Shown here: positions 1 through 9,375 of the stretch, in pieces | How the letters are laid out: every line of letters begins with the position of its first letter | Position numbering within the stretch: position 1 is the stretch's first letter | Origin: a virus | Lineage: Duplodnaviria; Caudoviricetes | Virus record (IMG/VR): IMGVR_UViG_3300013121_000032 | Span: 32,001-96,000 of that record | DNA: 64,000 nucleotides | Reading direction: 5' to 3' (one strand) | Program-made: the position numbers and the translations under genes | The notes under the pieces: generated by a model | The model's database searches: none | Seen by the model: the letters and a program-made list of their open reading frames with translations, nothing else | What the model was told of the DNA's origin: nothing

Positions 1-301
1 CTAATAGCTGAACATATTTAGCATCTGGATGAATTTTCTCAGTTAAAAACTGGATATTGTTTCTGCCTTTTAATCCTAAATTAGATTGATGATGGAAAAT
101 CCTGACATATTTAAACTTAAATTGAAGTGGACGACAATAAGCCTCAATAATTTTTTTAGAATCATCTGTAGATCCATCATCACTAATAAGCACTTGCATA
201 TTATCATAAGTTGAATCTAAGAGGTTATTTAAAAGCTCTTTAAGCCACTTACCATGATTATAAGAAGCTATCAATAGAGAGACTAATGGCTTATCATTCA
301 T
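1..301 (-). CDS. GT2 family glycosyltransferase (5' part; runs off window)
   Basis: Own translation, not in ORF track: MNDKPLVSLLIASYNHGKWLKELLNNLL...VLISDDGSTDDS...HQSNLG, the classic GT-A N-terminus. ATG overlaps the stop of the upstream gene (ATGA). Confidence 0.9.
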   Translation of the reverse strand, partial: MNDKPLVSLLIASYNHGKWLKELLNNLLDSTYDNMQVLISDDGSTDDSKKIIEAYCRPLQFKFKYVRIFHHQSNLGLKGRNNIQFLTEKIHPDAKYVQLL

Positions 302-1065
302 TTTAATTTTGCTTCCGATTTATAAGTATAATAATTTGGATATCCACGTTTAATCCAATCAGCTTCAGCTAGATCAGAATATCTAAAATTAGCTGTCCAT
401 CTAATGACATTAGATCTATTATCTCCTGAACGATGGACAAGGAACTGAGAAAAGATTATAATATCCCCTTCCTTGGCTGGTAGAGGAATGAAATCCTCAT
501 CTTTGTACTTCTCTACCACTCCAAAAGATTCAACCATTTTGGTGGCTATACAGCCCTCTAAATGACTTTTAGGAACAACTTCTAATGGGCCAACTGCTTT
601 CTTTGTACAATCCATAAGGGGAAGCCAAACTACAACTCCATTAGTTGATTGCTGAATAGATGCCCAATCTTGATGGGGTGGAGTTTTGTAATTAATCTCT
701 GATTTTGCTAATTTTTTATGGTGGAAAAATACAACTGGTCTGGTAGATATAGTAGGCCATTGTAATCCTAATTCTTTAAGAACTCTAAATAATTGTTTAT
801 TTAATCCAAGCTTATGTAAAGAAGGGAGATGTTGGATAGCTTTTCCACACCACATTAAAAGCTGTAGATTATTCATTAGATCAAAAATATCTGTCTCATA
901 ATAAGGAAATCGGTATGTATTTCCATATAAAAAATAATTTACTTGTGTAAACAGAATTTGTTTAGCTTCTTTACTGAGCTTAGATATCTTCTTTTCTGGA
1001 AAGAATCCAGAAAGAATAAGATATCCATTTTCTTTATAAAATGTTATTTGTTCATTGGTTAACAC
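298..1065 (-). CDS. Phytanoyl-CoA dioxygenase (PhyH) family 2OG-Fe(II) oxygenase
   Basis: MLTNEQITFYKENGYL start, HQD iron motif (PPHQDW), VWLPL, distal HRSG.N.S..IR. Confidence 0.9.
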   Translation of the reverse strand: MLTNEQITFYKENGYLILSGFFPEKKISKLSKEAKQILFTQVNYFLYGNTYRFPYYETDIFDLMNNLQLLMWCGKAIQHLPSLHKLGLNKQLFRVLKELGLQWPTISTRPVVFFHHKKLAKSEINYKTPPHQDWASIQQSTNGVVVWLPLMDCTKKAVGPLEVVPKSHLEGCIATKMVESFGVVEKYKDEDFIPLPAKEGDIIIFSQFLVHRSGDNRSNVIRWTANFRYSDLAEADWIKRGYPNYYTYKSEAKLK

Positions 1066-1948
1066 ATTTAGCTACCTGAATACGTGAAGTAAAGTGATTA
1101 TTATAAAGAAGATAGCAATCTCCATTTGACCACCATAAATAGGGATAAGCTTGCATAAAATCATCATCAGAATTTTTAATAATAAAATTCTCATCTTGAC
1201 GAATCCATATACCATCATCTGGATAATATACAGCATATCCTATTCTATAGGCTTCCATTTTTTCTTCTCTATAATATTTTTTTCCTCTATAAGAAAAAAG
1301 CATATGCTTTAATTTTTTTTGATCTGTCCAAACAAATGGTCTAGCTAATCCACCTTCATGATCTTGAGGTTCAAGAATTGAAAAGCCATTAGGCTCAGAC
1401 TGCTTTCCAGAAATAACCCACTGATTGATGGAGTAAAACGGTTCATTATCTTCCCATTTAGTGTAATTCATATAGTATAGAGAATTACTTTCCCTATATG
1501 GCATTGAAATTCCAATTGGATGAAGGGCTGATCTCTCATAGATAGGATTTTTCCTATCTTTAATCCACCCTCTTGATGTAAAAGTTGCACGACCAACAGA
1601 AGTCCTATATCTTACATTAGAGTTCTCAACCTTATTCCATCCAACATAATAAAGATGATGTTCTGGAGTAACTTGACTTATCATTACTCCACTATCATCA
1701 AAATGACCAGGTTCTCCTAAAGTTAAAATTGGATTCTCATTATGTAATGAGACGTTTAATAGTTCACCAGGTTGATTTCGATAAGAAATTTTGTATTCAA
1801 AAGGCAAAGATCTAGATTGACTATCTCGTGCTGAAAACCCAATAACAAGATAACCATTTAAATCAATATAAACACATGGAGCTTGAGATCCTTTAAACTG
1901 CCCATTATCAAAAGCTGGAAGCTCTGCAATTTTTTCAAAAACAAGCAC
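1052..1948 (-). CDS. Five-bladed beta-propeller glycosidase-like protein
   Basis: NPILTLGEPGHFDDSGV, LYYVGWN, YRIGYA, MQAYPY, LLYN motifs of propeller proteins seen in glycan clusters. Confidence 0.65.
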   Translation of the reverse strand: MLVFEKIAELPAFDNGQFKGSQAPCVYIDLNGYLVIGFSARDSQSRSLPFEYKISYRNQPGELLNVSLHNENPILTLGEPGHFDDSGVMISQVTPEHHLYYVGWNKVENSNVRYRTSVGRATFTSRGWIKDRKNPIYERSALHPIGISMPYRESNSLYYMNYTKWEDNEPFYSINQWVISGKQSEPNGFSILEPQDHEGGLARPFVWTDQKKLKHMLFSYRGKKYYREEKMEAYRIGYAVYYPDDGIWIRQDENFIIKNSDDDFMQAYPYLWWSNGDCYLLYNNHFTSRIQVAKCVNQ

Positions 1949-2469
1949 TATCTATAAGTTCCAACAAAGTAGTATTGTTTTTTCTTAGGGTAATAGAGGA
2001 ACAATTTTCCATCTCCTAATTCAAGGTCTAATCTATATATATTACCAATTTTGGCACCTTTGTCAAAGATTGACTTGGTTAATTGAATCAAAAATTGATA
2101 ATCATCAAAATTTTGAAAATATTCAGAAAGGAAATAAATTCTTTCTCTAAGCTTTCTGCGTGGAACAGGAAAAAGAAGCTTAGTTGCTTTACCATTAAAT
2201 TTTCCAGAGATTTCAAAAGCTTGATCTTTATTTTCTTTAACTGCAAGCATTAAAGACTTTTTAATATCTTTAGGCATTAAAATCAATTGTCCATTAGGTT
2301 TGGGAACTTCTTTAACAATAAACTTCTTAAAGTATTCCGACTTATGGAGGAATTGTCTGTATCGATCTGCTTCGTGTGTGAAAGTTAGGGCTGGGAGAGA
2401 TCCCAGCCCAAGTTCTTTCTGATACTCAGCAGTCTCTTTCAAGGCTTTTAAGTATTGGGAAATTCTCAT
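1948..2469 (-). CDS. hypothetical protein
   Basis: 173 aa ORF abutting both neighbours. Confidence 0.7.
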   Translation of the reverse strand: MRISQYLKALKETAEYQKELGLGSLPALTFTHEADRYRQFLHKSEYFKKFIVKEVPKPNGQLILMPKDIKKSLMLAVKENKDQAFEISGKFNGKATKLLFPVPRRKLRERIYFLSEYFQNFDDYQFLIQLTKSIFDKGAKIGNIYRLDLELGDGKLFLYYPKKKQYYFVGTYR

Positions 2470-2972
2470 ACAAGGTACTCATTAATCTTAGAGTAGTCGT
2501 CCCATTGAGCTACTTTGAACCAATGCCGATTGATCTTAACAACCAAAACCGGATCTACCAATCTTTGCTTTTCCCATTGAGGAATGAAAGCCAAATGGAA
2601 TTCTGTACCTTGATCTTTATATTGATCCATTACTCTCTTAGCAGCTTCAAGAGCAGTTCTAGGAATAATAGGTACAGAAGCTGTACAAAGATCATTACCG
2701 ACTCTAATACTGATATTGTTTAGAGGTTTATTCTCCAATTTAATGAGAGCAAATTGGGGAAGTTTATTGAAGACTTTATTTTGCATTTCAGGAAAACGAG
2801 GGAAGATCTTACGATCTGGACTCTTAATTGCCGGAAGATCAATTTTCTTTGTTTCTTCCAATTTCCTAATTTGGCGTTCAATATCATTTGCCAAATTTGT
2901 TCTTGGAAGGGTAATTACACTAGACATTTTGTTTTCTCCTTTGAAGGAAATATCTTGTTTGTTCAATTCCAT
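2466..2972 (-). CDS. hypothetical protein (probable start at MSSVITL)
   Basis: AAGGAG RBS precedes the internal ATG; C-terminal DPVLVV...W...WD. Confidence 0.7.
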   Translation of the reverse strand: MELNKQDISFKGENKMSSVITLPRTNLANDIERQIRKLEETKKIDLPAIKSPDRKIFPRFPEMQNKVFNKLPQFALIKLENKPLNNISIRVGNDLCTASVPIIPRTALEAAKRVMDQYKDQGTEFHLAFIPQWEKQRLVDPVLVVKINRHWFKVAQWDDYSKINEYLV

Positions 2973-2987
2973 TTCTTCTATGCTTTA

Positions 2988-3016
2988 ATGGTAGTATAAA
3001 ACCGGCTTTTTGTAAA
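2988..3016 (-). promoter_or_regulatory. sigma70-like promoter TTTACA-N17-TACCAT
   Basis: Near-consensus hexamers with 17-bp spacing upstream of the 2972-1 gene run. Confidence 0.55.
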
Positions 3017-3086
3017 GAGAGAAAATGGTTAATTGGATAATAGATAGGAGGAATTTTTTCTGTAATCAGTACAGAGATGTATTTAG

Positions 3087-3374
3087 TCATTGTAGTGCTC
3101 CTGTCATCATTTTTTTAAAACATTTTTCACATACCCTTTTTTTACCTTTTTGAATATTAAATGGTTCAAGGGAAGGGTAGGGAAGATGCTCAAACTCTAC
3201 TAGTGCTGGTTTTAATATTTGTGCTGCTTTTTGTCTACAAACAGCACAGACAAAAATATAACCTTCAGGTGGCTCTAATTTCTTAGATGAAAAAAGATTT
3301 CCTGGTCCTTTTATATAAAGGGCAGGTATAAGTACTATTACTAATACCAATAAAAGAAGGAAATAATAATCCAT
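3087..3374 (-). CDS. membrane-anchored Zn-finger protein
   Basis: N-terminal hydrophobic helix, CAVC...CEKC. Confidence 0.6.
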   Translation of the reverse strand: MDYYFLLLLVLVIVLIPALYIKGPGNLFSSKKLEPPEGYIFVCAVCRQKAAQILKPALVEFEHLPYPSLEPFNIQKGKKRVCEKCFKKMMTGALQ

Positions 3375-3376
3375 AA

Positions 3377-4051
3377 TTACCGCATCTCAATATCCAAAGA
3401 ATTTTTATTAATCCTGTTATTTCTTCCTTCTAAATAAACAGAGTTTGGTTCTGTATCTTTAGTAATGATAGCTCCAGAACCTACCAATGTTCCTTCTGCT
3501 AATATCACTTCAGGAGATATTACAGCATTGGCACCAATAAAGCAATTATTTTTAATAATACAACTAGAGCAAATAACTGTTCCTGTTGTAATCCAACAGA
3601 AATCTCCTATAGAAGCATTATGACCTATATGGCTACCAGCCCAAATAATGGTTCCTTGACCAATTTTAGAACCAGTTTGTATTTGACAATTTTCTTGAAT
3701 CCAAGAACCTTCACCAATATCTGTTCCATACCATATCTTGGTAGATGGATGGATTAAGGTTAAAAGCTTACCACCCCACTCTTTCCATCTATTAAATTTA
3801 AGCTCTCTTACTTTATTCATCATCCTATAAGAAATAGGTAGGAAAAGATGGGCTGGAGCTTCACCAACTCTTAAAGAGTCATTAATAAGATTAGCATTAA
3901 ATTTATGTACAATAGTTTTTCGCCATTCCGGCATAGCTATATATTCAGGATCAGCTACAAGAGAAATCTTTTGAAATTCAGCATCTTTCAAATATTCAAA
4001 AGCTACTCTAGCTAATTCTCCTTGTCCAAATAAGAAAATATCAGGTTTCAT
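3377..4051 (-). CDS. PglD/NeuD-type sugar N/O-acyltransferase (left-handed beta-helix)
   Basis: N-terminal LFGQGELA, hexapeptide repeats, catalytic HIGHN, FIGANA. Confidence 0.9.
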   Translation of the reverse strand: MKPDIFLFGQGELARVAFEYLKDAEFQKISLVADPEYIAMPEWRKTIVHKFNANLINDSLRVGEAPAHLFLPISYRMMNKVRELKFNRWKEWGGKLLTLIHPSTKIWYGTDIGEGSWIQENCQIQTGSKIGQGTIIWAGSHIGHNASIGDFCWITTGTVICSSCIIKNNCFIGANAVISPEVILAEGTLVGSGAIITKDTEPNSVYLEGRNNRINKNSLDIEMR

Positions 4052-4284
4052 TGTTTTACCTTATTCATAACTTTTTCTCTAATCTCTATAAGAGAAAGGG
4101 CTTTTGCTTTATCTTCTTTTTCTAAAGCTTGATAAAACTCCATTTCCCAATCATGAGAATCTGAAAACCAAGCTGTATCATTTCTTTCTTGATAGTCTAA
4201 AAGAAATTTAGCTGCTAGCTTTCTAAGAGAGCCTGATCCATATTTAGTATACATTTTGAACATAGTTAAGTTCCAAGCTGCCAT
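4048..4284 (-). CDS. hypothetical protein
   Basis: 78 aa ORF, ATGA-coupled to the downstream gene. Confidence 0.6.
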   Translation of the reverse strand: MAAWNLTMFKMYTKYGSGSLRKLAAKFLLDYQERNDTAWFSDSHDWEMEFYQALEKEDKAKALSLIEIREKVMNKVKQ

Positions 4285-4288
4285 TATA

Positions 4289-5191
4289 TTAAGACCTATA
4301 GAGGGGAAAATACTTAGATTCTTTATTTACATTTTTGCTTAACATATCATAAATTTCCTGATTATGGATATGTTTAATAATTTTATTTGTTTTTATAAAG
4401 CTCCCCCAACCAGATTTAAATCGGGAAAGACCACCATTATTACCAGATGTATGTTCAGCACCTAAAATTAAATACCTATAACCTAAATGCTTAAATACTG
4501 TAATAGCATGATTAATGATAAGATAGCTATTACCATTTTCATATCCTTCTAATGTACTAGCTCCTATATGAAAATAAACATCTTGATTTTGAATATAGAA
4601 AAGACCAAAACCGAGAAAATGTCTACTCATTCCGACCATATATGACCTTAATAAAAAGTTATTAAAGCATAAAGAGCCTGGAACACTGAAAAGCTTTTTA
4701 AATGTTTCTAAATCATAATTTGTAATATAGTCCTCTGGAGTAGAGTGGCGCTTCATTAATTCTTGATAGCATTGCCATTGGAGATTAGAAGGAGGCCCTA
4801 CATTAATTTCTATTTCTCCTTTAGCTTTATTTACATTCCTCTTATGTTGCTCTGAATATTTAGATATGGAGGAATCTTGGAGATCCACAATATAGTGGTC
4901 TTTGTAAGGTTGTCCATATCTAATATACTCAGAAGTTTTTATAGGATCAATTGGAGGGGTAATGATTAAAGAGCTAATAGCTCTATCATCTATCTTAGGT
5001 CTATGTGGAAAAAAGGAAAACGGATATGGGCTAATATAATCAAAATAATCTGTATTTGGAATTTTTCTTTTAATTAGACACGAACCTGTTTGAGGATCAG
5101 ATAGCACCTCACCTAAACGGGTAAAGGTGTCTAAATATTCTTGAGATAGATAACCAGTTCTCACTAATCCATACATCCATGAACAAAGCAA
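4289..5191 (-). CDS. FemAB/BioF2-like GNAT-fold acyltransferase
   Basis: YSEQHKRNVNKA, YFHIGAS...GY, LILG....GLSRFKSGWG, C-terminal YFPLYR. Confidence 0.75.
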   Translation of the reverse strand: MLCSWMYGLVRTGYLSQEYLDTFTRLGEVLSDPQTGSCLIKRKIPNTDYFDYISPYPFSFFPHRPKIDDRAISSLIITPPIDPIKTSEYIRYGQPYKDHYIVDLQDSSISKYSEQHKRNVNKAKGEIEINVGPPSNLQWQCYQELMKRHSTPEDYITNYDLETFKKLFSVPGSLCFNNFLLRSYMVGMSRHFLGFGLFYIQNQDVYFHIGASTLEGYENGNSYLIINHAITVFKHLGYRYLILGAEHTSGNNGGLSRFKSGWGSFIKTNKIIKHIHNQEIYDMLSKNVNKESKYFPLYRS

Positions 5192-5610
5192 GAATTTACA
5201 CCAGCAGAGGCTAATTTATCCCTTACAAGTTGAGCAAGTTCTTCATCCCCTTGAGCATAAGGAACAGCCATACCAGAAGATCCTCCACCAGCAAATCTTT
5301 GGAAACCCTTAACTTGAGGATAGGGATATTCTTTAAGAATATCGTTAATTTTAGTCCATACTTGTGGATCTCTAGTATCAATCATACCTGGATGTTTAGC
5401 CAAAGATTTCAAATAAAAAATAAGAGTCCTAACATCTGGACATCTATAGCCTACTACAAGATCACTATCCTTCATTTCTTTAGCAATTACTTTAGGATCT
5501 CTACCAGTAACGGCTGCAAGGGTATGAAGGGAAGTTCTACGTGGACGATGGATCTTAGGGCACATTGTTTCCATAACAAGTTGCCAATCATATTTCTTAT
5601 TATTAGGCAT
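5164..5610 (-). CDS. hypothetical protein
   Basis: 148 aa ORF in the minus-strand run. Confidence 0.65.
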   Translation of the reverse strand: MPNNKKYDWQLVMETMCPKIHRPRRTSLHTLAAVTGRDPKVIAKEMKDSDLVVGYRCPDVRTLIFYLKSLAKHPGMIDTRDPQVWTKINDILKEYPYPQVKGFQRFAGGGSSGMAVPYAQGDEELAQLVRDKLASAGVNSCFVHGCMD

Positions 5611-5803
5611 TAGTCATATTCTCCATATATTCTGAACGAGTTAATCCGATAGGTTTAAGAACGGATTTAGGATAAACAAACAAACCTTCCCTATTTAAAA
5701 GGGCAATCTTAAATGTAGTTAGAGAAATTACTTCCTTTATATATCCAGTATCATCATCAAATCCTGGCGTATGTATTAGTACTACATCATCAACTTTTAA
5801 CAT
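5603..5803 (-). CDS. small KOW/SH3-like protein
   Basis: LKVDDVVLI...TGYIKEV pattern; AAAGG RBS. Confidence 0.5.
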   Translation of the reverse strand: MLKVDDVVLIHTPGFDDDTGYIKEVISLTTFKIALLNREGLFVYPKSVLKPIGLTRSEYMENMTNA

Positions 5804-5838
5804 AGAACCTTTCCTCTAAGGAAATACTAACCCATTAA

Positions 5839-6111
5839 CTATTTTTCGTCAATTGAAAATAAAAATTTAACATCAACTCCTTGATAGGATTGATAGGAAA
5901 AACCATTTTCTATCATCTTATAGACAGCTTTAAAAACATATAGACGTTGAGGAAAAAATCTCATTATTAATTTAGCCTCATCTATACAATCTTGAAGATT
6001 ATCAAAAACGAATACAGATTTTACTCTCCTTGGCGACCTTATCTCATTTAATGCTGTTGTTATAGCATCATTCTTTATTGATGTGCGTTGGAGTATATAT
6101 TTTGAAACCAT
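5839..6111 (-). CDS. hypothetical protein
   Basis: 90 aa ORF; TTGACA upstream at 6143-6148. Confidence 0.55.
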   Translation of the reverse strand: MVSKYILQRTSIKNDAITTALNEIRSPRRVKSVFVFDNLQDCIDEAKLIMRFFPQRLYVFKAVYKMIENGFSYQSYQGVDVKFLFSIDEK

Positions 6112-6158
6112 AGATATACTTGTAACAGATTAGATTTCATTGTGTCAAGGAGTTATTA

Positions 6159-6581
6159 ATGAAACTACTTAAAAATGTTGAAGTTCCTAAGGTAGAGGGG
6201 TACTGGATTATCCATACTGGTAGACCCTTTTATAAGCTATTTGATATGACCAAGGATCGGGATACTGCGCTTTTGCTTAAAGCAAGAGAAAAAGGTGAAG
6301 AGCAGGAGCATCCATTGGCTAAACCTTTTAGAGTTAAAGATTTTCCGGCTGAGAATATTTCTTATTCTCCCAAAAGAGTTCAAGATTGTCTATATGCTGA
6401 AGCAGATGAATTTGGAGATTTCCATACAACTGATCCAATGCAAGCTAGAACAATCTGGGAAGCTATTAAAAATGATCCTCCAGTAGATACAAAGGATGGA
6501 AGAAAAGGGGTTACACCTTATTTGGATCAAATTTGTCATCCAATTCCTGAATTTAAGGACTTGACAAAGCCTACAAAATAG
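6159..6581 (+). CDS. hypothetical protein
   Basis: AAGGAG RBS, 140 aa. Confidence 0.75.
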   Translation: MKLLKNVEVPKVEGYWIIHTGRPFYKLFDMTKDRDTALLLKAREKGEEQEHPLAKPFRVKDFPAENISYSPKRVQDCLYAEADEFGDFHTTDPMQARTIWEAIKNDPPVDTKDGRKGVTPYLDQICHPIPEFKDLTKPTK

Positions 6582-6590
6582 GTCTATTAT
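6561..6590 (+). promoter_or_regulatory. sigma70-like promoter TTGACA-N18-TATTAT
   Basis: Consensus -35, near-consensus -10. Confidence 0.55.
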
Positions 6591-6616
6591 TTAAATTCCA
6601 TAAGGTTCCAGTGAGT

Positions 6617-6645
6617 GTAAAGAGGAATGATTTATTCCTCTTTAC
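6617..6645. terminator. 12-bp perfect hairpin GTAAAGAGGAAT-gattt-ATTCCTCTTTAC
   Basis: Intergenic inverted repeat. Confidence 0.55.
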
Positions 6646-6655
6646 TGTATTATAA

Positions 6656-6868
6656 ATGAAGAAAGATTATTTTATTTTTTGTGATAGAAAACGTCCATCA
6701 GGTAGTACATCCTATCTATTTAACTCATTTTACTCATTTTACTCTTTGGATGAGGCAGTTAAACATTGTAAACGACAAATTGGGTTTTATAAGTCTTTAA
6801 CATCTACAGATGTTATATGTATTTTTAAATATTCTGATTCAAAATATATTTTTATAATTAATATATAA
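6656..6868 (+). CDS. hypothetical protein
   Basis: 70 aa ORF, very AT-rich. Confidence 0.5.
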   Translation: MKKDYFIFCDRKRPSGSTSYLFNSFYSFYSLDEAVKHCKRQIGFYKSLTSTDVICIFKYSDSKYIFIINI

Positions 6869-6928
6869 AAATCAAAGACCGCTGTTAGAGCAGCGGTCCA
6901 AGATTTCAACCCGCAAGAGCGGAATTGA
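6867..6928 (-). terminator. Rho-independent terminator after the major capsid gene (tandem hairpins)
   Basis: Minus strand: TCAA-TCCGC-tctt-GCGGG-TTGA, then GACCGCTG-ctctaa-CAGCGGTC-TTTGATTTTT. Confidence 0.85.
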
Positions 6929-6944
6929 GGCCAACATGCTAAAT

Positions 6945-8069
6945 TTATGAAGCCAAGTTAGTGATAGAAACACGGCTGACTTGCAAAGGATCGTCAAGCG
7001 TGAAGATATCAAATACACAAAGCAGTTCATAAAGGGTAGGTTCAGGTCTTGCCAGAACAAACGGGCCAGTCTGACCATCCATTTTGAAACGGGCCATTCT
7101 CGGAATTTCACCACAGAAGATGAGAGCCGAGTTAGCAGGCATTTGTGTATCATATACACACGGAATAACTCCGCCTGGATATGCAACATAGGCTACTTCT
7201 GTTGCTACAGAGTAATTAACCAATTGATTACGGAAGTTCTGACCCAAGGATTGCATCCAAGTTGCAGAATTTTCACCAGGGAAACGGTTAATCATAAGAT
7301 CCCGTACTACTGGCAATTGACCAACTGTAGTCCACAGAAGGAATTGGTGCCCACCATAACCCAATTGCAGAGCAATAGTATTAACTGCATTTTGGATTAA
7401 AGTATTAGTAAGGTTTGAACCACCAGCATTAACACTATTAAGTGTTGAACGGGTAATAAAACCGCCAAGTTGAGGAACGTTACCAACTACTTCCGAAATT
7501 TGTTCGGTATTAGAAAGCAACATATTGCTCATCGTTCTACGGATTCTAACGATTTCATCATCAATCTGATCTTGAAGAACGTTGACATCGCTTTGTTGTT
7601 CAGCTATGCTGGAGAGCATAAACGAAATTTTCAGGGTATCACCAACCGTGGTCAACGTGTTATAACGTTGGTTATAAGCACTTTGAACGTTAGCTGGAAG
7701 AGCGCCATCAATATTGAACTTAGAAGCGGTATCCGTAACGATATCTCTTTCTTTAATTCTGAATTGATAGTCAGTAATAGAAGGAAAATCGCCTTTTGAT
7801 TCCAACCAGTTCAGGAATTTAGTTTCATCATTCCTACGAACTGCTACACGATCAGACAAGCTGACCAAGCGCAGAGCAGAAATATCTACTGTACCCAAGC
7901 TCTTCAGTTGTGGGAGCATAGTGCTCTTAATAACTTCATTAGCTTTTGCATAGCCACCAAACTGTTCGGCAAGAGCTTGCATAACAGGCTTGGAAGCTAG
8001 CTTATGTTGACTGGATTGGCTCTTGTTGGAAAGAACCTCAGTCATTCTTTCGGTAAACATAGGTTCCAT
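6945..8069 (-). CDS. major capsid protein (HK97 fold, inferred)
   Basis: 374 aa directly after protease/scaffold; strong AAGGAG RBS; terminator behind; PQLGGFIT...NLTNTLIQNAV pattern; distinct higher-GC codon usage. Confidence 0.8.
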   Translation of the reverse strand: MEPMFTERMTEVLSNKSQSSQHKLASKPVMQALAEQFGGYAKANEVIKSTMLPQLKSLGTVDISALRLVSLSDRVAVRRNDETKFLNWLESKGDFPSITDYQFRIKERDIVTDTASKFNIDGALPANVQSAYNQRYNTLTTVGDTLKISFMLSSIAEQQSDVNVLQDQIDDEIVRIRRTMSNMLLSNTEQISEVVGNVPQLGGFITRSTLNSVNAGGSNLTNTLIQNAVNTIALQLGYGGHQFLLWTTVGQLPVVRDLMINRFPGENSATWMQSLGQNFRNQLVNYSVATEVAYVAYPGGVIPCVYDTQMPANSALIFCGEIPRMARFKMDGQTGPFVLARPEPTLYELLCVFDIFTLDDPLQVSRVSITNLAS

Positions 8070-8071
8070 TG

Positions 8072-8452
8072 TTATTGATTCTCCTTGTTATACAGAATGG
8101 ACGCTAGATCCGCTGCCAATCCTTTAGGGGCAGCATCAGGGTTAGAGGTAATACTTGAAGCAAGGACACGTCTTGCAATTTCTTCATTAGAAACTTCAGC
8201 AGCTTTAGCCATAGCTTCAGCTTGAGCCTTACCAGTTTCTTTGATCTCTTCAATAGCTTTGGTATTAGCTTCTATAGTAGAATTAATCTTTTCAAGCATT
8301 GAAGTCAATTTAGCAACAACTTCCATCAATTCATCATTAACAGGATTAGTAATGGGTTCAGTAGGCTGTTCTTCTGTTTTGGTTACAGGAGTTTCAGAAA
8401 CTACTTCAGTAGGAGCTTCATTAGCTACTTCTTGATTCACTTGTTCGGTCAC
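8072..8452 (-). CDS. internal in-frame scaffold protein (GTG start)
   Basis: AAGGAG-N8-GTG at 8452 in frame with the protease; TGGTAAAAT extended -10 at 8487-8495. Confidence 0.65.
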   Translation of the reverse strand: MTEQVNQEVANEAPTEVVSETPVTKTEEQPTEPITNPVNDELMEVVAKLTSMLEKINSTIEANTKAIEEIKETGKAQAEAMAKAAEVSNEEIARRVLASSITSNPDAAPKGLAADLASILYNKENQ

Positions 8453-9334
8453 GAGATGATCTCCTTGATTTTGTTTCTCTTCTAAAATTTTACCATTGGC
8501 TATAGTAGATTCATCGTTTTCTAATATAGGCGTAAAAGAATTCCTTCTAATACCTGCTGCTGGTTGCATAGGAACAGCTACTAGTGAGATTTCAAAATAA
8601 TCCTTGACACCTGCAATCTTAGCTGTTACTGTGTTTCCAAGTTCATCTTTCATTCCTGGAGTATGTACACATTTAATTGAATACATAGAATGATTACAGG
8701 AATCACAAACATAATCCATAGGATCAAGAGCAAATCCTACAGATACCTTATTATAGATTCCACCTAAAATACTTTTAATAGTGTGCTGGTTTTCAGGAAG
8801 GTTCAACATATAAACTTTCTGATTAAGAAAATTTCCTTTAGCAGAAGCATCATATATTTTTCCTAATGTAGTTGATGTAGACCAATTATGATCCATTAAA
8901 AATGGTTTATCTATAGACATTTCTGCCATTTGCTTAATAGCTTTAGGAAGGAAATGCTCATAACCGCGATCAACATTTGTATCAGCAGATTTTAGAGAGA
9001 AGACATAAACATCTTCTTTAGACAGATCAATATTAGAAAGCTGATTAATTTTTGCCATATCTTCATCAGAAGGAAGATAATCAGATTCTTTAGAAGGTTT
9101 TTTACCTTTAGTTTGAATTTCCTCAAGAACATTAGGAGTTTCAAAACCAGCTAAAAGGGAATGCATTTTAATCATTCCATCTTTAGTAGGACTAGGAAGA
9201 CCTTTAGTTTTTGCAATTTCTTCAATGCTAATAGTAGACTCAGCTTCTAAAGCATCAATTTCTTCTTGAACTGATTTAAGCATTTCTTCAATTTCTTGCA
9301 ATTCAAAAAGTTTCTTAGCTAATTCTTCTTTCAC
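8072..9334 (-). CDS. prohead maturation protease fused to scaffold
   Basis: VDRGYEHF, FLMDHNW (His), VSVGF (Ser), EISLVAVP; CxxC...CxH insertion; acidic coiled-coil C-terminus. Confidence 0.85.
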   Translation of the reverse strand: MKEELAKKLFELQEIEEMLKSVQEEIDALEAESTISIEEIAKTKGLPSPTKDGMIKMHSLLAGFETPNVLEEIQTKGKKPSKESDYLPSDEDMAKINQLSNIDLSKEDVYVFSLKSADTNVDRGYEHFLPKAIKQMAEMSIDKPFLMDHNWSTSTTLGKIYDASAKGNFLNQKVYMLNLPENQHTIKSILGGIYNKVSVGFALDPMDYVCDSCNHSMYSIKCVHTPGMKDELGNTVTAKIAGVKDYFEISLVAVPMQPAAGIRRNSFTPILENDESTIANGKILEEKQNQGDHLVTEQVNQEVANEAPTEVVSETPVTKTEEQPTEPITNPVNDELMEVVAKLTSMLEKINSTIEANTKAIEEIKETGKAQAEAMAKAAEVSNEEIARRVLASSITSNPDAAPKGLAADLASILYNKENQ

Positions 9335-9375
9335 AGATTAAATCCTCTTAATAAAAGCTATTAGAATTTTATCTG

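Noticed and set aside
298-1065. TET/JBP-type DNA base oxygenase
   Set aside because: The motifs fit the PhyH family, and no C5-methyltransferase or thymidylate-synthase homolog is in the window. DNA modification stays a secondary hypothesis.
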